This document shows positions 54,048 to 61,659 of a stretch of DNA of 64,000 nt, in pieces. The stretch lies in the IMG/VR virus record IMGVR_UViG_3300031857_000002, positions 186,001 to 250,000 of that record; one strand, given 5' to 3'. A program made the translations under genes and the position numbers. Every line of letters starts with the position of its first letter. The first letter of the stretch is position 1. The notes below the pieces were generated by a model. That model was not told the DNA's origin. It saw nothing but the letters and a program-made list of their open reading frames with translations, and searched no databases.

Positions 54048-54568
54048 AAGTTTATGTTTGGTTTGGGCATGGACTTGAGTTTGTTCCACATTTCTGCTTT
54101 TTCTTTGCACTTGGCTTCTAGCTTGCGATAGCGATTGCCTAATCGGCGCAAGTCGTCCCATTCTTTTTCAAGTTCAGGATTTGGTACCAGCATGTTGAGT
54201 CGTTCTTCTAGTGCTTCAAGAGTTTTCATCAAGCTCTTGCCATTGATGTCAATGTCAGCGTTGGTACCTTGTAAACTGAGTTTACCAGATTGATTTAGAT
54301 CCATAGCACTTGTGCCATTGAAACCTGATGTGCCTGTGGTCCACATGGTGTTGGCGTATGTCCCACTAGAACCACCAGCACCGCCACCACCAATTGTTAT
54401 TGTTGGTGCACTTATTGTCGGTGCACTTGATATAGTAAACACTGGACTGGCCATTGTGATACTACTACTAAGATCTATTGTACTGAGATCTACTGTTTGA
54501 AAATCGTAGTCTTGTGAGGAAATTGTGTCTTCTAGGTTTGAGAAGGAGATATCTTTCGAATCAGCCAT
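54044..54568 (-). CDS. Hypothetical protein (S/T/G-rich, C-terminal coiled coil)
   Basis: 174-aa ORF with ATGA overlap onto nadE. Confidence 0.6.
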   Translation of the reverse strand: MADSKDISFSNLEDTISSQDYDFQTVDLSTIDLSSSITMASPVFTISSAPTISAPTITIGGGGAGGSSGTYANTMWTTGTSGFNGTSAMDLNQSGKLSLQGTNADIDINGKSLMKTLEALEERLNMLVPNPELEKEWDDLRRLGNRYRKLEAKCKEKAEMWNKLKSMPKPNINL

Positions 54569-54705
54569 GAGCCGTCCTTGTTGTCTTGCCAGTCAAGTGT
54601 GTCGCCTTCTTGCCAGCCAAGCTCGGCGCACAACTCGATACCCAGATCCAGCATTAACTCGCCGGTGTCTGGGTCTTCAACTACGTTCACAATCTTTGTG
54701 GTCAT
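54532..54705 (-). CDS. Small AbrB/MazE-like protein (57 aa, not in track)
   Basis: Manual translation: MTTKIVNVVEDPDTGELMLDLGIELCAELGWQEGDTLDWQDNKDGSWLIRK... Confidence 0.55.
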   Translation of the reverse strand: MTTKIVNVVEDPDTGELMLDLGIELCAELGWQEGDTLDWQDNKDGSWLIRKISPSQT

Positions 54706-54832
54706 TGGTTTTTAAATGCTGGTACCAGGCAGCAAGTCTTGCAACCTTTTCTTTAAGCAGTTGCTCTCTCTGTTCTGGTGTAAGCACAATGGGCCAGTCA
54801 GTTTGATGTAGTTGACTATCTTTTACAATCAT
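54677..54832 (-). CDS. Small hypothetical protein (51 aa, not in track)
   Basis: Manual translation MIVKDSQL...; ATGA overlap with upstream gene. Confidence 0.4.
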   Translation of the reverse strand: MIVKDSQLHQTDWPIVLTPEQREQLLKEKVARLAAWYQHLKTNDHKDCERS

Positions 54833-55020
54833 TTTGCGGCTGTGGCCAATGCTTCTTTTTCTGCTGTGATTTCCTTGCGGCGTTCCTTGATGCCCTTGCT
54901 CATTTCTTGCAATGCCTTACGAGCACGAGCTGCCGCTGCCTTCACACCCTTGGCTGTGAATTTTTCATTTTCCGCGATATATGATTCGTATGCGGCCACG
55001 ATTTGTTCATGTTGTGTCAT
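54829..55020 (-). CDS. Histone H1-like (Hc1-type) basic protein
   Basis: ENEKFTAKGVKAAAARARKALQEMSKGIKERRKEI; AAAGGA RBS. Confidence 0.65.
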   Translation of the reverse strand: MTQHEQIVAAYESYIAENEKFTAKGVKAAAARARKALQEMSKGIKERRKEITAEKEALATAAK

Positions 55021-55048
55021 GTTGTTTCCTTTGTTAATAACAATAGTA

Positions 55049-55077
55049 ATTATACACGCCTGTAGAGGCGATGTCAA
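55049..55077 (-). promoter_or_regulatory. Consensus sigma70 promoter
   Basis: TTGACA-N17-TATAAT. Confidence 0.8.
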
Positions 55078-55107
55078 TAAAAAGCCTGGATTTTAGCACT
55101 CCAGGTT
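55078..55107 (-). terminator. Rho-independent terminator
   Basis: Minus strand: CCTGGA-gtgctaaaa-TCCAGG followed by CTTTTT. Confidence 0.55.
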
Positions 55108-55354
55108 AGTCTAAATATATGTGTCTACGATTCCAAGTGTCCCAGATTGTGATGCTGTCCACATCATGTTTCCAGGTAACTCTAAACTGCTCAAATCCAC
55201 GTTGATCGTGCAACATCATTCGGTTACCAGTTATGTTGGCATGCTCAACACGATTGCTTTTGACCCAGGCCTTGAGCAGGGTTTCAGCTTGATTGTTGTT
55301 TCGTATGGTAACAATGTACAGTGGTTCTACTGCACGATATGAGGTTATGGACAT
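55106..55354 (-). CDS. Hypothetical protein
   Basis: 82-aa ORF, TAATG-coupled to upstream gene. Confidence 0.55.
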   Translation of the reverse strand: MSITSYRAVEPLYIVTIRNNNQAETLLKAWVKSNRVEHANITGNRMMLHDQRGFEQFRVTWKHDVDSITIWDTWNRRHIYLD

Positions 55355-55602
55355 TAATGGAAAGTGGTGCCCGATGGGATATTAATTGGCACTGGTCTAT
55401 TTAATTTGGTAATCAACTCACCAAATTTTTCATCCAACACCACACTCTCATCATCGTGTTTTGCGGCACTGTCCTCATCCACCCCCAACAACCTCATCAT
55501 GGCACCCATGTGCGCTTCTTTGATACCGTGTTCATATAACACAATCATGATGTCAATCATGATCTCTTTGATGCGTTTTTGTAGTTGGTCTTCATCTGAC
55601 AT
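55354..55602 (-). CDS. Hypothetical protein
   Basis: MSDEDQ...; ends PSGTTFH. Confidence 0.55.
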   Translation of the reverse strand: MSDEDQLQKRIKEIMIDIMIVLYEHGIKEAHMGAMMRLLGVDEDSAAKHDDESVVLDEKFGELITKLNRPVPINIPSGTTFH

Positions 55603-55621
55603 ATTATTAGTTATCTCGGTC

Positions 55622-55652
55622 AAAAGAAAAGCGGCCCAAAAGAGCCGCTTTG
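55622..55652 (-). terminator. Rho-independent terminator
   Basis: Minus strand: AAAGCGGC-tcttttgg-GCCGCTTT followed by TCTTTT. Confidence 0.75.
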
Positions 55653-55671
55653 TTGGGAGGTTGGTTTTTTA

Positions 55672-56031
55672 TTACAGAGGTGCATCCTCTGCGGCTGCCA
55701 ACAAGTCCTCAGCAGTTACCTTGGACTTGGAAACTTTGGCACCCTTGGCAGAGACCTTGACTTCGCTTTTCTTAGCGACCTTGGTCTTCTCTGCCAGTTT
55801 GTTTGCTACAGCATAACTGGCGTCACCAGTGTAGCCTTGCGTGTCTTGCAAGAACTGCAGGGCTTGCAGTTTGGTCATGGGCGAGGGAAGCTCTACCAAA
55901 TTAATGGCTGTGCATCCTGCCTTGTTGAGGATCTTAATGCGAGCGACGAGGTCGTTTGCAAAGCGAGCTTTAGTGGTACCGTCTGCGTTAGTTGCGGTGC
56001 CTGCTACTGTAAAGAGTTTAGATTCTGACAT
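55672..56031 (-). CDS. Hypothetical protein with Lys/Ala-rich tail
   Basis: 119 aa; has its own promoter and terminator. Confidence 0.7.
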   Translation of the reverse strand: MSESKLFTVAGTATNADGTTKARFANDLVARIKILNKAGCTAINLVELPSPMTKLQALQFLQDTQGYTGDASYAVANKLAEKTKVAKKSEVKVSAKGAKVSKSKVTAEDLLAAAEDAPL

Positions 56032-56102
56032 TGTGTTGCCTTTCGGTGTTGCCTGTTAAGTTAAAGTTAAAATACATGTTGCTTGTCACACAACATATCA
56101 AT

Positions 56103-56131
56103 ATTATAGCAAAAGAACAGTTTATGGTCAA
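56103..56131 (-). promoter_or_regulatory. sigma70 promoter
   Basis: TTGACC-N17-TATAAT. Confidence 0.75.
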
Positions 56132-56167
56132 GTCTTTTTGCAATAATTTTGATTGGGTTTGCCCGTT

Positions 56168-56296
56168 TCACTGGGCCAATTCTTTGCTGTGGTTTTGGAT
56201 GGTTTGGACGCCCTTGTCAAACATTCGAGCAATGCCCGAGAATCCAACCGAACTGACCACCAGACCCAAAACGAATCCGATTACTATGTTGCGCAT
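56168..56296 (-). CDS. Small membrane peptide (42 aa, not in track)
   Basis: MRNIVIGFVLGLVVSSVGFSGIARMFDKG...; TAATG overlap with upstream gene. Confidence 0.55.
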   Translation of the reverse strand: MRNIVIGFVLGLVVSSVGFSGIARMFDKGVQTIQNHSKELAQ

Positions 56297-56445
56297 TATT
56301 TCTTCTCCCGGAGATTGATGTTGGACTTGGGTTCGACCCATTTGCCCACGTCTTGCAAATCTTGCCCGGCACCTTTGAGGGTACCAGCCACGGTGCCACA
56401 GGCACTTAGTGTTATAGCAGTTAAAATAACCATTAATGTTTTCAT
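56296..56445 (-). CDS. Entericidin-like small lipoprotein (49 aa, not in track)
   Basis: MKTLMVILTAITLSAC-GTVAGTLKGAGQDLQDVG; lipobox LSAC; AAGGA RBS. Confidence 0.65.
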   Translation of the reverse strand: MKTLMVILTAITLSACGTVAGTLKGAGQDLQDVGKWVEPKSNINLREKK

Positions 56446-56454
56446 GCTGTTTCC

Positions 56455-57225
56455 TTAAACAATTTTAACACGGTTAAGTTGAGTCTTACCATCGCGGTGT
56501 GCCTTGACGGTGCCTCGGATTGTGATCCATGATCCTGTTGTCAATTTAGATCTGTAGCTGAAGAACACAGCTTGGTTGTCTGATGTGATTGCAGTGACCC
56601 AAAAGATACCATAAGATTGACTGTAATTGGCACTGACAACTTCTACGTCCAAATCAATCTTGGCATCTGGTGCACCCACATAGCCGCCTGCGGTCTGGCG
56701 TACACGGCTGTCAACTTCTTGACGATCCAAGCTACGTTGATGGCTTGCAGGTAAACTAGCAACCACTGCCAGTTCGTATTTGTGCGTGACTGTGTCGAAT
56801 TCTTCTGACACAGCAACGGTCTTGCTGATGGCAGTATCAAACTCTGTGAGCCGGCCTTTGAGACCACGCAAGGTAATGTCTTGTTCTAAGAACTTTCGGC
56901 ACGCCTGACCCAGTGCAATATCTTCCACTGTGAGTACAGCAGGGTTGGCAAGGATGTCTGTCATGATGTCGCGATTGCGTTGTTTCACAACCACCGTGGT
57001 GTTGGTGTCCTCATCAAAACGATGCTGAGTTTCTTTTACGTAGGAGCCATTGATGCGTTGAGCCGCACATGCCGCACCCCAGACATTGTCCACAGAGTGC
57101 TTGACACCTGCGGGCTTGGCCCGGGGCTTCCACGTTTGGCGTGGAGTCTCATAGTCGTCATCCATTTGGCCCATGCGTTTGATTTCCTGGGCTGTCATGT
57201 TGCTTACGTCTACAAATCCTGGCAT
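56455..57225 (-). CDS. Hypothetical protein with C-terminal OB-fold-like domain
   Basis: C-terminal IRGTVKAHRDGKTQLNRVK. Confidence 0.6.
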   Translation of the reverse strand: MPGFVDVSNMTAQEIKRMGQMDDDYETPRQTWKPRAKPAGVKHSVDNVWGAACAAQRINGSYVKETQHRFDEDTNTTVVVKQRNRDIMTDILANPAVLTVEDIALGQACRKFLEQDITLRGLKGRLTEFDTAISKTVAVSEEFDTVTHKYELAVVASLPASHQRSLDRQEVDSRVRQTAGGYVGAPDAKIDLDVEVVSANYSQSYGIFWVTAITSDNQAVFFSYRSKLTTGSWITIRGTVKAHRDGKTQLNRVKIV

Positions 57226-57256
57226 GTTGGTCTCCTAATTAATTTACAATACAAGT

Positions 57257-57285
57257 ATTATAGCAAATCGGCAATTAAAGGTCAA
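57257..57285 (-). promoter_or_regulatory. sigma70 early promoter cassette 1
   Basis: TTGACC-N17-TATAATACTTGTAT; AGGAG RBS. Confidence 0.85.
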
Positions 57286-57772
57286 CCGTTTCCCATGTCT
57301 TTGCAACAGGTGCCAGGGCAGTTGCCAAGGGCACAAGAGCATCTCCTTCGCCGGGGCAACCTGTGTACCATACGCCATCCTTCATGATGTAGTAGTACTC
57401 TGCGCCACAGTTCTCAACCTGTACCATGAAGTCTGCAAAGGTCATAGCTGACTTAAACTCTGTACCTTGCTCACCACGGTCACGACCGTAGAATGTGGTC
57501 CAACCTTCTTTTTCTGCTTGCTCGTGCGTTGCCATGAGCTTGGCAAAATCTGGCGACTCATTGCTGATCTCAAACTTTGAGAAAGGATGTGCGTCACCAA
57601 TCTTTACACCCAGTGAACTGATGTCGCCTAGTGCCACAAGATGGTTGGCTCGAGCCGAGTCATAGTGCTCTTGCAAGATGCGACCATTGTGGTCCAGATA
57701 GCCATCCCAGTGGCAGTAAACTGATTTGCAGACATCACCGTGCATGACACCAATTCTTGAACGTGTACCCAT
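57275..57772 (-). CDS. Phage hypothetical protein
   Basis: MGTRSRIG...SVYCHWDGY...AEYYY. Confidence 0.7.
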   Translation of the reverse strand: MGTRSRIGVMHGDVCKSVYCHWDGYLDHNGRILQEHYDSARANHLVALGDISSLGVKIGDAHPFSKFEISNESPDFAKLMATHEQAEKEGWTTFYGRDRGEQGTEFKSAMTFADFMVQVENCGAEYYYIMKDGVWYTGCPGEGDALVPLATALAPVAKTWETVDL

Positions 57773-57780
57773 TTTGAGCT

Positions 57781-57831
57781 CCTTTTTAATTACTATACAA
57801 GTATTATAACAGTTTGGGATTTATTGGTCAA
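57781..57831 (-). promoter_or_regulatory. sigma70 early promoter cassette 2 (28-nt repeat copy)
   Basis: TTGACC-N17-TATAATACTTGTATAGTAATTAAAAAGG. Confidence 0.88.
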
Positions 57832-58181
57832 TCTAAACGTGAACCTGCGTAAACGCGATCCAGGCCCAGTTTATCTTTCAGGACCTGAGCGTAGGCTTCT
57901 GCACCTGCTTCCAAGATGCTGATGCTTTGTGTAGGGAAACCACTGGGGTTCCAGATGCATAACGAGCCGGTGTAGTCTTTGCGGAAGCCTTGAGCTTGCA
58001 GGGCTTTGCCGATCTTGCTGTTGGAGCGAACACCCCAGACATTGACCCAGGCAAATCCGCAGGCATCGCGATCACCATGCTTTTCAAAAAAGTCCCTGGC
58101 TGCCGCACGGGCTTCTAGGCCAGCTTCTTGACAAGCCAATTGAACTGCTTCTGGGGTCACTACTGTTGCGATTGCTTTCAT
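57828..58181 (-). CDS. Hypothetical protein
   Basis: Start reassigned to MKAIATV; ACGFAWV...QS..ILEAGAEAYA. Confidence 0.65.
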   Translation of the reverse strand: MKAIATVVTPEAVQLACQEAGLEARAAARDFFEKHGDRDACGFAWVNVWGVRSNSKIGKALQAQGFRKDYTGSLCIWNPSGFPTQSISILEAGAEAYAQVLKDKLGLDRVYAGSRLD

Positions 58182-58189
58182 TTCGGAAT

Positions 58190-58240
58190 CCTTTTTAATT
58201 ACTATACAAGTATTATAACAAATTGGGAATTTCTGGTCAA
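58190..58240 (-). promoter_or_regulatory. sigma70 early promoter cassette 3 (28-nt repeat copy)
   Basis: TTGACC-N17-TATAATACTTGTATAGTAATTAAAAAGG. Confidence 0.88.
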
Positions 58241-58524
58241 CCGTTTTCGCGGTCCATGATGTACTCAAAAAGCACAAATTTTGCACGATTTAACAGTTGA
58301 CGCTGGGCTTCAATGGTTACAAAACCGGGCTGTTCGTAGGCCATCATCTCTTGTGCATCACTCATCATGCTGGCCACAATCATTGCAGGACCCGAGGTTC
58401 TGAATGTGATTGAAGATTCAACGCTGTCACGAAGATCTGCTTCGGTGCAACCGTACATGTTGATCTGACGTTGACGTTGCATGTCGTTGCCGACTGCGGT
58501 GCGGATTGATGCTGTTGCTGTCAT
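58237..58524 (-). CDS. Hypothetical protein
   Basis: MTATASIR...; follows cassette 4. Confidence 0.65.
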   Translation of the reverse strand: MTATASIRTAVGNDMQRQRQINMYGCTEADLRDSVESSITFRTSGPAMIVASMMSDAQEMMAYEQPGFVTIEAQRQLLNRAKFVLFEYIMDRENG

Positions 58525-58532
58525 TTCCAAGT

Positions 58533-58583
58533 CCTTTTTAATTACTATACAAGTATTATAGCAAATTGGGAATATTGGGTCAA
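58533..58583 (-). promoter_or_regulatory. sigma70 early promoter cassette 4 (28-nt repeat copy)
   Basis: TTGACC-N17-TATAATACTTGTATAGTAATTAAAAAGG. Confidence 0.88.
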
Positions 58584-58626
58584 CCGTTTTGTTCTGCTTA
58601 AAAAACAGGCAAATTTAGTGTTGTTT

Positions 58627-58860
58627 TTATACAACAAGGTATTTGTACGCAAGACCCGCAAGTCCTGTGGCCAGCATAACCCCATTGGTCACAATCAAGC
58701 TGGCTTCACGCCAACGGATGCTGACAACAAGCCAAATTAACCCGCCAACGGCCAGGGTTATTGGTCCTTCGGGATAGTAGCCCAGAGAGTTGATTGCAGT
58801 TCCTGCAATAAGGATCACTGTGGCGATCCACTTCAGATACCAGTTTAGATCTTTTTTCAT
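58627..58860 (-). CDS. Small 3-TM membrane protein
   Basis: LKWIATVILIAG...GGLIWLVVSIRWRE.SLIVTN. Confidence 0.65.
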   Translation of the reverse strand: MKKDLNWYLKWIATVILIAGTAINSLGYYPEGPITLAVGGLIWLVVSIRWREASLIVTNGVMLATGLAGLAYKYLVV

Positions 58861-58866
58861 ACCCTA

Positions 58867-58895
58867 ATTATAGCAGTTTAGGAATATTCGGTCAA
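58867..58895 (-). promoter_or_regulatory. sigma70 promoter (ATG 6 nt after -10)
   Basis: TTGACC-N17-TATAAT. Confidence 0.75.
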
Positions 58896-60854
58896 CCGGC
58901 ACCAGTTGCCTTGTTTTTCCCAGTTGAGTTTGAATCCGTAATGAAACCCATCCATGGTGGGGTTGCCATTGGGTCCGTTGCCTTTAAGGTCATAGTCAAA
59001 AACTGCATGCCAGTCACCTTGAGCATCAATTTTAAACTGGTGTCTAGCTCGGTATTCTGTGTACTGATCGTTGGGACACTTGTCAGGACCAAACTCGGCC
59101 ATGTCCAAGTCAGGATCAAACCGCAGATCAATTTCAAATGCACCCACGGCCAAGTGCAACACTCTCAACAAAGGCCATATCTCGTTGATCAAACTGTCAG
59201 CTACAGGATTGATAGATGTTTTGATAATATCATAATCAAAATTGTCATCGTAAGGGATCATGTCTTGAATGCTGTCAGGCTGGTAGGTCAGTGTGTAGTG
59301 ATTTTCTACCCCAGCTCTTTCTTGGGCATAGTAAATATGCTCAGACACACTACCATTGTATCCAGGCATATGTCGGCGAAGATGATTCAGCAGGATGTTT
59401 ACTGTTTTGTATCTTACCAGGCGATGTATGATTGTGTTGGTGTAGTCTTCTGTGACCCAGTGTGCGGCATAGTGCCCATGACTCATACCAAACTTTTCAC
59501 GCTCGTTGTGCAAGGGCGTATCAAGGTTTACGTTGCATACTGTAAAACTCCAGCCGTTGAGACTGGTTTTTCTTGTGCGCCACAGCAGAGTCATTGTGTG
59601 TGCCATGTCTACTGGCTGTTCACCAGGAAACCCCACAAACCAGTTGGAATGTGCCTGTATGCCCACCTTGGTCATGTCAAACAAGTTTTGCTCTATGTGT
59701 TCAATTTTGACATTTTTCTTCATGAGATCCAGCACTTTTTGTGAACCAGATTCAATGCCCAAATTTAACACATTGCACCCACCATCTTTGAGGTCTTGTA
59801 AATATTCAATGTCCATGCGTCCGTCACATCGGGCATAGCCTAGCCAGGCTATTTTGATATCACGCTCTACTAGACCCCGGGAAAATGCACGTAGTTCTTT
59901 GAGATTGCCATTGACCAAGCTGTCAATAAACCACACCGCTTCTATGCCATAGGTACGATACTGATATTCAATCTCGTCCACAATGTTGCCTGCAAGACGT
60001 CCACGATAACGCCAGAATGTGGTTTCACTGCAGAACTGGCACTTGGCCACACACCCGCGACTGATCTCAGAACTAACGCCTGTGCCCATGCTGTACAGGC
60101 TCAAGTCAAAGTCCGAATAGTCAGGCCAGGGCATACTGTCAAGATCTACTCGCACAGCCTTGTCATGGTACAACACACGTTCAGGAATCTCAATACCTGC
60201 TTCGTGCTTTTCCAGAATGTCTAAGAAGATCAACTCACCTTCACCTACCACAAGATGATTGTATAGTTCGGGCTCTTTGACTTTTTCCTGGATGGCTTGC
60301 GGGCCACCGCCAATGATTTTTACCGCGGGCAGGAGTTGTTTAATTTCACGTATGATCCAGTTGGTGCAGTCATTGTTGGTGTAGTATAGAGTAAAGCCTA
60401 TGATATCTGGGGCAAATGCCACAATCTTGTCCACCCATTCGCGTAGGCAAGGCTCAATGATGTGATGCACCTGCTCGTGATAACACATGCTCCACTTCCA
60501 ATCAAGATATCCATCCCACAAGGTTTTGTCTGTGGCTTGGTAGGCAGCAATGTTGATATCGAACGCTCGAGTAGCAAATCCACTGCCTTTGGCAAGAGCT
60601 GTTAATCTAGCCACATTATACGGAGCAATGTATGCACCCCACTCAGGTGCAATCACCATGGCCACTCGTGTGCGACGTGTGACTTCAGGTTGATTCAGCA
60701 CCACTGCTGTGACGTTCTTTTGTGAGACAGGCCTGCTCAACTCTTTCATGACTTCAAGCATCACAAGATGCTTGTCGTCGGTTACAGATATTTCTTGTTC
60801 TGCAGGAGCAGGAGTATTGCTACTTTGTATAGCAATAATTTTTGGTATGGTCAT
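58878..60854 (-). CDS. B12-binding-domain radical SAM protein
   Basis: N-terminal cobalamin-binding-like domain (DIIGFTLY, IIGGGPQA); SRGCVAKCQFC; GIESGSQKVLDLMKK. Confidence 0.88.
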   Translation of the reverse strand: MTIPKIIAIQSSNTPAPAEQEISVTDDKHLVMLEVMKELSRPVSQKNVTAVVLNQPEVTRRTRVAMVIAPEWGAYIAPYNVARLTALAKGSGFATRAFDINIAAYQATDKTLWDGYLDWKWSMCYHEQVHHIIEPCLREWVDKIVAFAPDIIGFTLYYTNNDCTNWIIREIKQLLPAVKIIGGGPQAIQEKVKEPELYNHLVVGEGELIFLDILEKHEAGIEIPERVLYHDKAVRVDLDSMPWPDYSDFDLSLYSMGTGVSSEISRGCVAKCQFCSETTFWRYRGRLAGNIVDEIEYQYRTYGIEAVWFIDSLVNGNLKELRAFSRGLVERDIKIAWLGYARCDGRMDIEYLQDLKDGGCNVLNLGIESGSQKVLDLMKKNVKIEHIEQNLFDMTKVGIQAHSNWFVGFPGEQPVDMAHTMTLLWRTRKTSLNGWSFTVCNVNLDTPLHNEREKFGMSHGHYAAHWVTEDYTNTIIHRLVRYKTVNILLNHLRRHMPGYNGSVSEHIYYAQERAGVENHYTLTYQPDSIQDMIPYDDNFDYDIIKTSINPVADSLINEIWPLLRVLHLAVGAFEIDLRFDPDLDMAEFGPDKCPNDQYTEYRARHQFKIDAQGDWHAVFDYDLKGNGPNGNPTMDGFHYGFKLNWEKQGNWCRLTEYS

Positions 60855-60862
60855 ACCAATAC

Positions 60863-61087
60863 TTATTCACGGAACTTTTTATTCCCGAATTCTTTGTTCA
60901 CATAGTACTGAATCAGTCTGCGCTGGATCATGGTCACCAAGTCACCATTGTCATCTTCTATGAGAAATCTCACAGGGCAGTTGCCCCATTTGGCACTGGC
61001 GTTGAATTCAGCAAACCAAGTGCGGTGGTCCTTGTTGGCAGGATCAAACACCACGAAGGGGCGACTGTGTAATGCTAAACGGCTCAT
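60863..61087 (-). CDS. Small hypothetical protein
   Basis: 74-aa ORF, ATGA-coupled to upstream gene. Confidence 0.6.
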   Translation of the reverse strand: MSRLALHSRPFVVFDPANKDHRTWFAEFNASAKWGNCPVRFLIEDDNGDLVTMIQRRLIQYYVNKEFGNKKFRE

Positions 61088-61659
61088 TTATTAACTCCAA
61101 AAAATTCATAATGTTTACCCAAGGTCCACGTGTGTGGATCTGCGATTGCTTGCCCATTAAACGTTTCATACTGGGCACTAAACACTCCGGTGTAGCGATC
61201 AAAAAAGTTCCAATAACTCGGAGTCTTGTTATTGAACCCACTCTTGCTCAATTGAGCATCGTGTTCTTTGCTGATCAAACAGGTTGGGGGATTCATGGCC
61301 TGTTTGATACTGATGCGGTCTTGTATTAGTAAATCTCGTATGCGACTCTGCGGAATCATGTGCTCAAATATACAATTGGCAAGATCCACGCCAACTTCGC
61401 GATAGTGAGATCCTATGCTGCCTTCAATGGTATAACCATGTCCTCTACGTAGATACAAGTCAATGCCGTCACGAATTAGTCGAGCACGTTGATCCAGCAC
61501 AGTTAAATTCTTGTACATTTCTACCAGTCTCGACACTTCGCCACGAACAAACTCTTCGGTAATGCGATAAGCATCCTGGTTGCGTTCCACCATGACCTGT
61601 CGATAATTGATTTCTTCAAAGCCTTCGACTGACTCTTTAAGTTGGTCAATCTTGTTCAT
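61084..61659 (-). CDS. Hypothetical with HNH/DUF1524-like EHxxP motif
   Basis: CIFEHMIP followed by PTCLISKEHDAQL; ATGA-coupled to the ParB-like gene. Confidence 0.45.
   Translation of the reverse strand: MNKIDQLKESVEGFEEINYRQVMVERNQDAYRITEEFVRGEVSRLVEMYKNLTVLDQRARLIRDGIDLYLRRGHGYTIEGSIGSHYREVGVDLANCIFEHMIPQSRIRDLLIQDRISIKQAMNPPTCLISKEHDAQLSKSGFNNKTPSYWNFFDRYTGVFSAQYETFNGQAIADPHTWTLGKHYEFFGVNK

Noticed and set aside
54532-54832. Toxin-antitoxin pair around the AbrB/MazE-like ORF
   Set aside because: No neighbouring ORF shows MazF/PIN/RelE features, so it is kept only as a small AbrB-like gene.
57226-58590. Regularly recurring ~28-nt repeats as a CRISPR array
   Set aside because: The spacers are 330-520 nt long protein-coding genes, and the repeats are sigma70 promoter/RBS units. 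No cas genes are present.
58911-59744. 277-aa plus-strand ORF
   Set aside because: It lies wholly antisense to the radical SAM gene and has no recognisable motifs.
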